Positions 34,856 through 44,124 of a DNA stretch of 64,000 nucleotides are shown one piece after another. The position numbers were made by a program, and so were the translations under genes. This DNA comes from a virus (taxonomy: Duplodnaviria; Heunggongvirae; Uroviricota; Caudoviricetes), in IMG/VR virus record IMGVR_UViG_3300045450_000131, positions 33,228 to 97,227 of that record. One strand, given 5' to 3'. Below the pieces are notes generated by a model. That model made no database searches and was not told the DNA's origin. It saw nothing but the letters and a program-made list of their open reading frames with translations. Numbering within the stretch: the first letter of the stretch is position 1; the number at the start of each line of letters is the position of its first letter.

Positions 34856-35635
34856 TTACTTGCCTGCCCAGAAGTAGTACTTGTTCTTGATTAGCTTCAA
34901 GACAATATCGGTAATGAATGCAATCAAGATGATGACGATAATACCGGCAAATACTTGATCCATTGCAGAGAATCGACGAGCGCTCTGAATCAAGCTCCCC
35001 AATCCCTGAGTTGCATTTACGTATTCTGCAACGGTGATATATCCCCATTGGATAGACACCGCCATAATCCCAGCCTCTGCAATTCGAGGCATTGCCATTG
35101 GCAAGACTGCTCGGGTAATGCACTCATAGTAGGAAGCGCCTAGATCGCGAGCGCTTTCCCAGTAAATGTAAGGGACTGCTTTAATTGCATCACGAACCAT
35201 CGGAATCATGAAGATGACCGCGCCCAAGAAGAGGAATGTAACTTTCATTTCTTCACCAATCCCCAACCAAATCACTAGGATTGGAAGGATTGCAACGATC
35301 GGTGCCGACCGGAATGGATCAAGAAGTGGAGATAGAGCTGCGTTAACTGGAGGTGCCGCGCCCATTAGAACTCCAACTGGAATTCCAATCAGCAAAACGA
35401 AGAGGGTAGCGATGGCAACTCGACTTACAGACGCAATCGTTGCACCCAGGAGTTGGCTTTGGCCGTTATCCCACGCCAAGTATGAGAATGCATTGAGCAC
35501 GGAAAGTGGTGACGGCAGCTTATTCTGGCCAACTAGGGTGGACACAAAGGTCCAAACAATTAGCAATAGAATTAGAGCACCTGCACCAAGGAGCTTCTTC
35601 GTGGTAGGGGAGAGTGGTTTATGTGGATTGAACAT
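34856..35635 (-). CDS. ABC transporter permease (binding-protein-dependent inner membrane component)
   Basis: 6 TM pattern; ATG at 35635 (the ORF track used GTG at 35647). Confidence 0.65.
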   Translation of the reverse strand: MFNPHKPLSPTTKKLLGAGALILLLIVWTFVSTLVGQNKLPSPLSVLNAFSYLAWDNGQSQLLGATIASVSRVAIATLFVLLIGIPVGVLMGAAPPVNAALSPLLDPFRSAPIVAILPILVIWLGIGEEMKVTFLFLGAVIFMIPMVRDAIKAVPYIYWESARDLGASYYECITRAVLPMAMPRIAEAGIMAVSIQWGYITVAEYVNATQGLGSLIQSARRFSAMDQVFAGIIVIILIAFITDIVLKLIKNKYYFWAGK

Positions 35636-35637
35636 TT

Positions 35638-35850
35638 TTAGTTGCACGCCTTGTGAACGCCATTTTCCATAGTGGGGATTGTGTTGCTGCTTTTATGACC
35701 AGTAATTGTAACTACATATTCCTTGCCTTCATGACACTTTGTTTGCATTCTAACTGGATACTCAGGCTGCTTCTGAATGTGTAAAGAATAAAATAACCCA
35801 CCAAAAAACAAGACACTAACGGAGAGTCCAGTTATAAGAAAAGATGACAT
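35638..35850 (-). CDS. small membrane protein
   Basis: 70 aa, N-terminal TM; AAAGG RBS; TATAAT at 35873-35881. Confidence 0.4.
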   Translation of the reverse strand: MSSFLITGLSVSVLFFGGLFYSLHIQKQPEYPVRMQTKCHEGKEYVVTITGHKSSNTIPTMENGVHKACN

Positions 35851-35886
35851 AGTTGGCCTTTATTTGTATAGATGAATTATAACCTG

Positions 35887-36408
35887 CTAGTTAACTTTCG
35901 TGTTAGTTAAATTAAGCAAGTTCATCATAAATTGTGGTGAGCCATTCTTAAACTGAACACCGCCAGTCCCGATATGCTTCCCCTTGACATCATAGTCAAT
36001 TTCTACAAAATCATTGTCACCCACAAGACCTTTCTTCCTCATGTTATTTGCCTTAGCAATGGTGCTCATTTCAATTTTTCGATAGCACTCCAGGCCTTTC
36101 AGGGTGACCCTGCACATTGTTGTAATGATATTTGAATAGAGCTGTATGACTAACTCATCTACACCTTTCTCAACTAGCTTATCACATTGCTCTTTAAGTT
36201 GTTTACGTGTAGCATGAGCATTGTGAAAGAGTGTAGTAGCACTAATAATACCAGATGCCCACGCCATCTCGAGCTCTCTAAACCTCTTTTGGTGATTATT
36301 AATGTGCTTGATGACGATGCGGTTTTTCTTATCTGTTTTATTCAGTGTATCTGCCAGGTAGATTGCCGCTTTATAATTACCGAAAGTAAACTTATCTAGT
36401 TGTGACAT
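35887..36408 (-). CDS. hypothetical protein
   Basis: 173-aa ORF. Confidence 0.45.
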   Translation of the reverse strand: MSQLDKFTFGNYKAAIYLADTLNKTDKKNRIVIKHINNHQKRFRELEMAWASGIISATTLFHNAHATRKQLKEQCDKLVEKGVDELVIQLYSNIITTMCRVTLKGLECYRKIEMSTIAKANNMRKKGLVGDNDFVEIDYDVKGKHIGTGGVQFKNGSPQFMMNLLNLTNTKVN

Positions 36409-36420
36409 GCTATATTCCTT

Positions 36421-36446
36421 ATGTGAGAAAGGGTCCGTACGGACCC
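36421..36446. terminator. hairpin terminator GGGTCCGTACGGACCC + T-rich
   Basis: perfect palindromic GC stem immediately after stop of 36469-38133. Confidence 0.55.
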
Positions 36447-36468
36447 TTTCTATTTGTTTAACTAAATT

Positions 36469-38133
36469 TTACTGACCAAAGATACCGACTCGAGTTGTCC
36501 GATTTTCAGCCTTGCAGCTTTCAATATCCAGGCCGTCTGCGCTTGGGTTAGCTTCATTACAGATCGGCTTTGCTGAGCCATTACCAGTAACCTTGAAGCG
36601 ACTTACCGGGAAGTCCCATTGCTTAACGAGGTAGTCAACTACGACTGCGGCTCGCTTTTGGCTCAGTGGCTTATTCACGCCGTCTGAACCGCTGCTGTCA
36701 GTGTTACCGGAGATTTCGATGTATGCCTTACCATTATTCTCGATAAAGGGCACCATCTGATCATCGATTTGCTTCTTGGCTCGCTGAGAAAGTTCGAAGC
36801 TACCAGTATCGAATCGGACTGCAACTGGCTTAGTGATAGCTGCCTTGTTTTGCGATGCGCTCTGCAGACCTTGCGAGGTGAACGTTTCAGTCGGTGCAGC
36901 CGCCGCTTGAGCAGCTTGCGAGTTGTTAGCCAAAAGGTTCTTAATGAAGGAGTAGTCGATGCTATCTTGTGGGTTAATCACAGGAGACTTCGGATTAGCA
37001 AGAGCGCCTGCTGCACGATATACACCATCAAATTGCTTGTAAACTCGTTCGTAGTGGTTGGTACCACCTGCCATGCCGAGAATACGTGCATTGTCTTCCA
37101 ATCCGGTCATGTCAACGTTGTTGAAGAGGGACTTGACGAATGGCTTACCCTGGTCTTTGGCAAGCAGTTCGAACATCTTCTCGTTCTTGATGATGACGTC
37201 TGTTGCTTGATCGAGGTCTTTTTCAGCAATAAGCGTTGCATCCATCCACCCACTAACTAGGGATTGAATTGCCTTCTTGCCTGCATCATTGTTGATGACG
37301 CGTTGATCACAGATCATAACGTCGTAAATGAGGTTCGTTGCAGTCTTAGTGCTGTACACAACGTGGCTGTTTTGCTTTGCAGCGAGGGAGAGGTCTGGGT
37401 CCCATAGAACCGCCGCATCTACCTTGCCACTTTCATATGCTGCTCGAACGCCGGCCGTGCCTTCATCGGCATTGATGAAGACCATCTTGATGCTTTGCTT
37501 CTTCTTAGCAGAGAGCGAGCTGTTTTCGATCGCGTCGATCAGCAGACCGTGAGAAGGAGTGTATTGCAGTAGTGCAACCGACTTGCCAGCAAGGTCCTCG
37601 ACGGAGCGAATGCCTTGGTCCTTAGCGATAATTGCATCACCACCACGGGTATTTGCAATCAGCATTACGACCTTGCCGTCATGGCCTGAGTTACGAAGGT
37701 TCGGCTGGATTTGAGACCAGAAGTCGGAGGTGCGAACAACGCAGTGGCCAGAACCGCTTTCCCAAATCGTAGTTAGATCGGGGAAGTCATCTTGCATGTT
37801 GTACTTGACATTGACACCAAGCTTGTCATTGATGGAGCCCGAAGCAGTGTCGAAGCCGCCACCGTTTGCAATCAGGCCGGGTGCATAACCGTGGAAGGAC
37901 AAGAAGCTAATTTTCAGTGGGTTGCTCGCGGAACCAATATCGCCCTTACCAGTCTTTGCAGGTACTGCGGCAGTCTTGGTAGAAGTCGGCGCCGCGGGCG
38001 TAGAGCTGTAATTCTCAGTTTTGCTTTCGCCACCGACCTTGTTGAGAACGCCAGAGAGGTGAACTGCGTATCCAATACCACCAACTACTGCGCCGATAAT
38101 GACCATCTTCGGCAGAGTCTTAAGTTTTGCCAT
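36469..38133 (-). CDS. membrane-anchored NMT1/THI5-type (NitT/TauT) substrate-binding protein fused to C-terminal OmpA-like peptidoglycan-binding domain
   Basis: N-terminal anchor MAKLKTLPKMVIIGAVVGG (paralogous to 30429-31568); central SsuA/ThiY-like SBP region; C-terminal ...NTDSSGSDGVNKPLSQKRAAVVVDYLV... OmpA/MotB motif. Confidence 0.55.
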   Translation of the reverse strand: MAKLKTLPKMVIIGAVVGGIGYAVHLSGVLNKVGGESKTENYSSTPAAPTSTKTAAVPAKTGKGDIGSASNPLKISFLSFHGYAPGLIANGGGFDTASGSINDKLGVNVKYNMQDDFPDLTTIWESGSGHCVVRTSDFWSQIQPNLRNSGHDGKVVMLIANTRGGDAIIAKDQGIRSVEDLAGKSVALLQYTPSHGLLIDAIENSSLSAKKKQSIKMVFINADEGTAGVRAAYESGKVDAAVLWDPDLSLAAKQNSHVVYSTKTATNLIYDVMICDQRVINNDAGKKAIQSLVSGWMDATLIAEKDLDQATDVIIKNEKMFELLAKDQGKPFVKSLFNNVDMTGLEDNARILGMAGGTNHYERVYKQFDGVYRAAGALANPKSPVINPQDSIDYSFIKNLLANNSQAAQAAAAPTETFTSQGLQSASQNKAAITKPVAVRFDTGSFELSQRAKKQIDDQMVPFIENNGKAYIEISGNTDSSGSDGVNKPLSQKRAAVVVDYLVKQWDFPVSRFKVTGNGSAKPICNEANPSADGLDIESCKAENRTTRVGIFGQ

Positions 38134-38221
38134 GTTCGGTTTTCCTTTAAAAACTATAAAATCTGTAAAATTAAGCAGATGATGAATTATACACCATCTG
38201 CTTTATGAGGTAAACTTATTT

Positions 38222-39271
38222 TTAGTAAGTAGTACGTGACTTGCTGCTGGAGCTAGAGCTAATCAGATTAGCGTAATCAACTTGACTTGCCGACGGGGCA
38301 CCAATCGAGCCGTAGATTGGAGAATCGAAGGTCTGCTGCTCAAGCATCTGTTGCTTGCCATTGCCGAGCAGAATGCTATCTGCTTTGTTTTCCCATGCTT
38401 GCAGCTTCTTCAGAGCTTCCTCTTCATACACACCGTTTTGCAAATCAAGACCCTCAACGAAGCCCTTTGAGTTCTCGATGAAGTTTTCAATTTCACCCAT
38501 CTTCATACCGTAGTCATTGACGACATACTCCATGGCTTGGTCGAAGAGTTCACGTTCGCTTGTGCCACCCATAAGAATCTTCTTAGCGGTGCGCATTGCG
38601 CCGTGGCTTTCCAAGATCATCTTGCGCTGCATCTCTTGAGCTTTGACTTCATTGCCTAGGTCTTGGATAACAGTTTCTGTAACTTCCTTATACTTCTGCA
38701 GCGCGCGGTAGTGGGTTTGCATTTGAAGCAGGAGGGGCTTGAGTGATTCCTTATTCAGGCGATCAAGACGGCCAGCTTGTCGAGAGGCAACTGAGAACTG
38801 ACCACTCATTTGCTTTTCTTTAGCGACCTTTGCCATCGTCATTTGGCGATCATACTCGGTGGCATTCTGATTAACTTGCTTCTCACACACTGAGATTTGC
38901 CCCTTGAGCCGATCAATGGAGGCATCCATAGTCTTCTGCTTCTCCTTCAGGTCATCGATGTATGACTTCATGATGCCGATTGGGTCGATTTCGACAAACA
39001 CACCCGTGATGCTTCGCATGACTGACTTGAAGCCATAGCTAACAAGAGTACGAAACTTCTTATTGCTGAGCACCATAATAAGAGCGAAGAGAACTGCACC
39101 TAATACAGTGATAGTAATAGCTTGTCCAAGCAAGGTGATCATTGACGCAAACACACTCATTAGGAATGGTGCTGCAAATGCCAGTCCAACTGCTGCCCCT
39201 GCGACTAGGACCATTCCAGTTGTGCCTTCCGGACGTTCCCAGAAAGACTTCGGCTTGAATTCGTTGTTCAT
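38222..39271 (-). CDS. membrane protein with two N-terminal TM helices and long coiled coil
   Basis: 349 aa; hydrophobic stretches at residues 20-75, then heptad-rich sequence. Confidence 0.45.
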   Translation of the reverse strand: MNNEFKPKSFWERPEGTTGMVLVAGAAVGLAFAAPFLMSVFASMITLLGQAITITVLGAVLFALIMVLSNKKFRTLVSYGFKSVMRSITGVFVEIDPIGIMKSYIDDLKEKQKTMDASIDRLKGQISVCEKQVNQNATEYDRQMTMAKVAKEKQMSGQFSVASRQAGRLDRLNKESLKPLLLQMQTHYRALQKYKEVTETVIQDLGNEVKAQEMQRKMILESHGAMRTAKKILMGGTSERELFDQAMEYVVNDYGMKMGEIENFIENSKGFVEGLDLQNGVYEEEALKKLQAWENKADSILLGNGKQQMLEQQTFDSPIYGSIGAPSASQVDYANLISSSSSSKSRTTY

Positions 39272-39295
39272 GATAAAGTTTATTCCTTTGTAAAG

Positions 39296-39958
39296 TTAGT
39301 TGCCGAGGGTAGAGAGGATAGAGTTGCGATGGCCTTCCAGCTCAGCTCGTACGGCATTTGCTGCAATTTTAAACTCATTTTCTGCATTTGCCAACTCATG
39401 TTGCTTCTCGTTAATTAGGTTGTCAATTTCTCCAACTTTAACTTGTGCTTCTTGTAATGCTTGATGCGACGCCTGCAATTCAGCCTGCAGGCGCTCAATA
39501 GCTTGAGTTTTATTGGTAATAACACCTTCATTCATTGACTTAGTGCGGTGAAGTTCACCAAGTTCAGTTTTGCTCTTTTGCTCTAGAGCCTGCTTGAAGC
39601 GGGCTTCCTCTGCGTTGATGTCATTAAGGTGGATATTAACTGCCTCAACAATCTGATTACTATCTCGACCGCCAGCTGTACGATGTGCCGCCTTTAGACG
39701 AGTGACTGGGTCAGGGATAATATCTGCTAGCTGCTCAGATGCAGTAATTAGGGTGGTAAGAGCAGTGTTACGCCCAAACGTTCCCTTGCGAATTGCATCC
39801 ACCATTGCCTGATTAAGTTGAGGCACCGCTTGTGGAATTGGAGCTGCAGGTCCTCCGGCTGGCCGGAATGGATTGACAGGCTGGACAGCCACCTGAGGTG
39901 CCACGGGCTTTGCCTTGTCATCAGATTCAAAAAGTGCGTTCTTAATGCTACTAAACAT
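39296..39958 (-). CDS. coiled-coil protein with Pro/Ala-rich N-terminus
   Basis: 220-aa ORF. Confidence 0.45.
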   Translation of the reverse strand: MFSSIKNALFESDDKAKPVAPQVAVQPVNPFRPAGGPAAPIPQAVPQLNQAMVDAIRKGTFGRNTALTTLITASEQLADIIPDPVTRLKAAHRTAGGRDSNQIVEAVNIHLNDINAEEARFKQALEQKSKTELGELHRTKSMNEGVITNKTQAIERLQAELQASHQALQEAQVKVGEIDNLINEKQHELANAENEFKIAANAVRAELEGHRNSILSTLGN

Positions 39959-39961
39959 AAT

Positions 39962-40183
39962 TTATCCTGTGTATACCCAGAGGGGTTCTTGTGGGTTAAT
40001 ATTCCAATAACTAATTGTACCATTTCGGCGGTGAATAAGATACTCTTTGTGAGCCTCCGCATTTGCCCCGAATTTTTGCAAGGTAGCTTTCATTAATTTC
40101 TTAGTTCTAACTACCTTGCATTTTCCCACTCCTGGGATGTAGTTGGGCGAATAACACACCCAACGAACTCTAGATGGCTTCAT
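39962..40183 (-). CDS. hypothetical small basic protein
   Basis: 73-aa ORF. Confidence 0.35.
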   Translation of the reverse strand: MKPSRVRWVCYSPNYIPGVGKCKVVRTKKLMKATLQKFGANAEAHKEYLIHRRNGTISYWNINPQEPLWVYTG

Positions 40184-40737
40184 TAACGCAGCTTAATTGG
40201 TGCTTGCTTGCCGGTCTTGAAAGCGTCTTGCGCACGTTCGGTAGAAATAATGCGGTACTTGTTCAGGTCAACCTTAGGATAACCGGCAAACTTAAGCCAC
40301 ATGCCTTTCCAGACAGTGCCGAGTTCAGTTTGATACGAGCGCTTAATGTCAAGCATTTCAGTTTGAGACTTCTGGAATTCATTCTGAGTCGACTCGACGA
40401 CTTGCTGGATTTTGCGATACAGCTGAGGGTCTTGAATCGGGTTGGATTCACGGATCATCTGCACAACGGCCTGAGAACCATTCTGGCCGTAGCGACCCTG
40501 GACAGCGGCAGTAAAGATTGCGATTGCATCATCTCGGGCCATCGCAGGAACTTGAGCCACACCTTCCAATTTCTGATACCCCGAGGACAGCACGTTCTCG
40601 TTATCTTGATATTTGGCTTCAAGCCGCTGTTCCATTGCATTACCGTAGTTTGCGGCGCTGACATAGCTGCCGACGGCGGTCAGACCGATAACGCCAATGA
40701 CAGCAGCAACAGCGATGGTTCCAACAAGTTTGCTCAT
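40183..40737 (-). CDS. LemA-family protein
   Basis: N-terminal TM MSKLVGTIAVAAVIGVIGLTAV then ~160-aa helical domain of the size and composition of LemA; followed by a TPM-domain gene, the usual LemA partner. Confidence 0.45.
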   Translation of the reverse strand: MSKLVGTIAVAAVIGVIGLTAVGSYVSAANYGNAMEQRLEAKYQDNENVLSSGYQKLEGVAQVPAMARDDAIAIFTAAVQGRYGQNGSQAVVQMIRESNPIQDPQLYRKIQQVVESTQNEFQKSQTEMLDIKRSYQTELGTVWKGMWLKFAGYPKVDLNKYRIISTERAQDAFKTGKQAPIKLR

Positions 40738-40765
40738 AATTAATAACTCCGTTTTGTTAATAAAG

Positions 40766-40797
40766 TAATTATACTTTGAATCTCAAGAAATGTACAT
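40766..40797 (-). promoter_or_regulatory. sigma70-like promoter (TGTACA-17-TATAAT)
   Basis: plus aattatactttgaatctcaagaaatgtaca; paralogous to 41896-41927. Confidence 0.5.
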
Positions 40798-41867
40798 CAG
40801 AAGCGCTGCTTTTTAAGCAAGTTACCAACATATACACCGGCACCAATTACAATGATAGTAAGAATAATGAGCACCCAAGTAGGAGGATCAATCTCTCCAT
40901 CCAGGTAATGGAACTCACTCATGTGGCGGCGTTCGAAGTTCTTCTCAATTTGCTTAAACAACGTTGGCAGCACATTAGTATTGATAACTTGCAGGTCCTC
41001 AATTGCGTCTCGAAGTTCAACCTTGAAGGCTTCATTTTTAGTCCAGCTAATCACCCTCACGAAATCAATTTTTGGATACTCACTGCTGCCGATAAGCAAG
41101 ACGACGTCATTCTTATTCGCACCTTCCCACGCATCACGAATCGCATACTCGTAGTTAGGGTCATCAGTTTTAGCAATCACAACGATAGTATTGACTTGCT
41201 TGCGAGGACCAACTTCTCGAAGCGCATTTGCAATATCTTTGTTCCACTTGTCGGCATCGCTAAAGTTGTATCCCGGGGTAATGAAACGATTAAGATTATA
41301 GAAGTCATATACATTGTCAGGATATGCAGGCACAAGACTTGCAAACTTTTGCTTAAGCTCCTGGCTGGATGGTGCAAACAGACTGTTAGGCACGGCTTGA
41401 ATGTAGTTGGTGTAATAGGAACGCTTTGCAACCGGGTCACCAATTTTAATGCTTGAGTAGCGCTCAGGATCAGGCTCACTATACACACGTCGAGAACCAC
41501 GGTCAAGTTTTTTAATTTCGTAGTTGCCTACAGTAGTGAAGCAGTTCCACTCGACGGTGTAGCGGTCTTCATAACACGTTTGACAAGAGCGGTTACCCTT
41601 GGAATCAGTGGTGCACATGCAATCATATGCGCGTTGATACGAATCGTGCTTGCGCTCCTTGTTAACTACCTGCCCGTTCCAGATTTCAATGTCTGCAGTT
41701 TTTCCAGCTTTACCGCCAAAGAAACACGCCGCGGTAATAAGAATGCCTACACCGACGTAGATTCCAATAGGCTTCCATACACCACGCTTCTGGTGAAAGA
41801 TCGCGTAGAGAATGATGCCGACAAAGAGCGGGATGGTGAACATCCAAAGGAGAGTCGTGTTGATCAT
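40797..41867 (-). CDS. TPM-domain membrane protein (YgcG-like)
   Basis: N-terminal TMs; central VNTIVVIAKTDDP...DVVLLIGSSEYPKIDFVRV pattern resembles TPM/phosphatase-fold blocks as recalled. Confidence 0.45.
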   Translation of the reverse strand: MINTTLLWMFTIPLFVGIILYAIFHQKRGVWKPIGIYVGVGILITAACFFGGKAGKTADIEIWNGQVVNKERKHDSYQRAYDCMCTTDSKGNRSCQTCYEDRYTVEWNCFTTVGNYEIKKLDRGSRRVYSEPDPERYSSIKIGDPVAKRSYYTNYIQAVPNSLFAPSSQELKQKFASLVPAYPDNVYDFYNLNRFITPGYNFSDADKWNKDIANALREVGPRKQVNTIVVIAKTDDPNYEYAIRDAWEGANKNDVVLLIGSSEYPKIDFVRVISWTKNEAFKVELRDAIEDLQVINTNVLPTLFKQIEKNFERRHMSEFHYLDGEIDPPTWVLIILTIIVIGAGVYVGNLLKKQRF

Positions 41868-41895
41868 GTGAAACCAGGATTAATTTAGGATAGAT

Positions 41896-41927
41896 GAATT
41901 ATACTTCAACTCTCAAGATATGTACAT
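41896..41927 (-). promoter_or_regulatory. sigma70-like promoter
   Basis: gaattatacttcaactctcaagatatgtaca. Confidence 0.5.
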
Positions 41928-42286
41928 CACTTTTGACGGCGCCGATATGATAAAACCTGATCAATTCTAACGACAAGGGCTTCTTGCTGCAAGTTAAATT
42001 CTAAAATTTGCGCAGGCGCAATACCTTCTTTAATCATATTATTAGTAAACCTAACTTGAGCGGTCTCCCTGAGCTCTTTTAGAGTTTTTGTATCCTGCTT
42101 TGACATGTCATCAACGCTTACATTGTGAAACAAGCTACATAGCTTAGCTTGAAATTTTGTATTTTTAGTGTCAACAACTTCTAGGGCTTTAATTACTTTA
42201 GAGCCGAAGTTTTTGAGCAGCAGGTAAAATGTAATTAATATGCCAAAAATAATTAGAACTTCAAACATTTTCCTGCTCCTTAACAA
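41927..42286 (-). CDS. small membrane protein
   Basis: 119 aa, N-terminal TM. Confidence 0.4.
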   Translation of the reverse strand: MLRSRKMFEVLIIFGILITFYLLLKNFGSKVIKALEVVDTKNTKFQAKLCSLFHNVSVDDMSKQDTKTLKELRETAQVRFTNNMIKEGIAPAQILEFNLQQEALVVRIDQVLSYRRRQK

Positions 42287-42641
42287 TTACGCCGCGGCGG
42301 GTCAAGATAATTACAAGCCTCTTGCGAAATAGCTTTTGGCCACCTTCAAATGAATCACATTCAAATTTTCGCATTCCCAGTCTTTTCCCTGTTTTGTGCT
42401 CTAGATGAAAGCTGGCCTCATCAAACAGGTAAGTTAGGGACCCAGTTTGCATGTTTTCAAAGTCCTCAAAGTTTAAACTGTGATATGCCTTGAGTCTTTC
42501 AATTAGCATTCTAGTATTCGCATCTTTCTTATCTCTAAGGATGCGCTCATTTTTCGTTGTAATAAGTCCACTAGTTCGCGCAAGCAGAAGTGCAATCAGC
42601 AGGATCGGCGCAATAATGAAGAAAATTATTTCAATAGACAT
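42261..42641 (-). CDS. small membrane protein
   Basis: 126 aa, N-terminal TM. Confidence 0.4.
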   Translation of the reverse strand: MSIEIIFFIIAPILLIALLLARTSGLITTKNERILRDKKDANTRMLIERLKAYHSLNFEDFENMQTGSLTYLFDEASFHLEHKTGKRLGMRKFECDSFEGGQKLFRKRLVIILTRRGVIVKEQENV

Positions 42642-42657
42642 ATTTTAATTTGCAATT

Positions 42658-43038
42658 TTAAGGTTGTACACCGGCTTTTTGCGGCTTAGTATTATTAATT
42701 GCATTGTCAAGCGTTTGGTTCATAAGTATTAGCGCCTTATTGCCCAGCTGCTTTGCGTCGTCACTCTGCACAATTTGTTGAGCGCCATATGCGGCGAGGA
42801 TTGCATATGCTTGTTTTTCAGATGGTAGAATTGCATACAGCGCACCGAAGATGAATGCGCCAGATAAAAGCCAAGCAGGGGCTTTTAGCTTCATTCGAGA
42901 AGTTCCATCACACACCTGCAGTGTCTGATAAAAAATTACAGCTACACCTGCTATGCCCGTGCAAAAACAAACTGTAAGAAAAAACGAAGACACGGTTTCC
43001 AGAATGCTAGCAAGATAGACTGCAAATGCAAAGGTCAT
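42658..43038 (-). CDS. integral membrane protein
   Basis: 126 aa, 3-4 hydrophobic helices. Confidence 0.4.
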   Translation of the reverse strand: MTFAFAVYLASILETVSSFFLTVCFCTGIAGVAVIFYQTLQVCDGTSRMKLKAPAWLLSGAFIFGALYAILPSEKQAYAILAAYGAQQIVQSDDAKQLGNKALILMNQTLDNAINNTKPQKAGVQP

Positions 43039-43102
43039 GTGAGAATCCTCAGTAAGTTTTGTTAATAAGAAATTATAACAACTTACCTACAGGTTGTACA
43101 CA

Positions 43103-43342
43103 TTACTGCTTAAAATAAAAGTCGTGCATTTCCTGCAGCAGGTCATGATTAAGCAAATATTCTGTGCTTGATGGGATGATGGCATCGACGTGGCAATTAG
43201 GACAGATGGCCGTCTGTTCCTTGTCGCACCAAGATGTAATCTGCTTTACATCAAAAATCTTATTGCAGCTAAAGCACCCACACATGTTAACAAGCAGGGG
43301 GCGATTTTTAATACACAGTTTATGGATACTATTAATATTCAT
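43103..43342 (-). CDS. zinc-ribbon protein
   Basis: CGCFSC ... CPNC four-Cys arrangement in 79 aa. Confidence 0.4.
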   Translation of the reverse strand: MNINSIHKLCIKNRPLLVNMCGCFSCNKIFDVKQITSWCDKEQTAICPNCHVDAIIPSSTEYLLNHDLLQEMHDFYFKQ

Positions 43343-43492
43343 TTAAAAATATGGTGATACGTAAAGTACAACAAAGCAGATTAAAGAAAGGACTCCATAC
43401 ACATAGGAGTCCCTCTTATAATTTAGCGCATAGAATGTAAGACCTAACGCGGCAAAGAAAAATCCACCAAGTACAAGTAAACTGAAAATCAT
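43343..43492 (-). CDS. small membrane protein (49 aa)
   Basis: internal ATG at 43492 just after TAA of upstream gene; two TM helices. Confidence 0.3.
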   Translation of the reverse strand: MIFSLLVLGGFFFAALGLTFYALNYKRDSYVYGVLSLICFVVLYVSPYF

Positions 43493-43496
43493 AATT

Positions 43497-43751
43497 TTAA
43501 TCCAAGTATGTTTTGTTTTTCGACATTTGCATAACAAGCTTAATACGCTCATAGTGCATCTTGATAAGCATTTTCCTACATAGCTCGTATTCAAGCTCCC
43601 ACTCTTTTCGTTCCTTTGAATTTTCTTTTTTGTTAGGCTCGCCGTCTTGCAGCAGCTGAATAGTATCACCTAATGCTAAAACCCAGTGCGTACTCAAGTC
43701 CCATTTATCTTTTAGATTCTTATCCACAGAAGACTCCATACAGATTTTCAA
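43497..43751 (-). CDS. hypothetical protein
   Basis: 84-aa ORF. Confidence 0.35.
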   Translation of the reverse strand: MKICMESSVDKNLKDKWDLSTHWVLALGDTIQLLQDGEPNKKENSKERKEWELEYELCRKMLIKMHYERIKLVMQMSKNKTYLD

Positions 43752-43769
43752 GTTGAATAATTCTATGCA

Positions 43770-44042
43770 TTAGCGATTCCTCTGATTGTGAGCCCTTTGC
43801 CGACGAGCTAGTTTAGCTTCGGCCTTGTTAAGAACATGCTCTCTAGTTGGTAGAATTTTATTTAACTTTTCACGAAGCACATATTGGCTGTTATTAAATG
43901 ACATTTCATTCTCAGTATGGTAATCATAATCGTCATACACGGTAGAAAATGAAAGATCGCGCAACCTTAGCAGTTGGCTGGTAGTTAACTTCTCTAGCTC
44001 TTCGATAGACGCATTGTGGTAATTTTGTGCTTTAAGAGACAT
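43770..44042 (-). CDS. hypothetical protein
   Basis: 90-aa ORF. Confidence 0.4.
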   Translation of the reverse strand: MSLKAQNYHNASIEELEKLTTSQLLRLRDLSFSTVYDDYDYHTENEMSFNNSQYVLREKLNKILPTREHVLNKAEAKLARRQRAHNQRNR

Positions 44043-44094
44043 TTTTATCCTTTTAATTTAGTTATTATAATTATTAGTAAGCACAATGTACATT

Positions 44095-44124
44095 AAAAAG
44101 GGAGCAAATTGCTCCCTTTATTTT
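44095..44124. terminator. bidirectional terminator GGGAGCAAATTGCTCCC with flanking A/T runs
   Basis: perfect stem, TTTATTTT on plus and TTTTT on minus. Confidence 0.7.
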
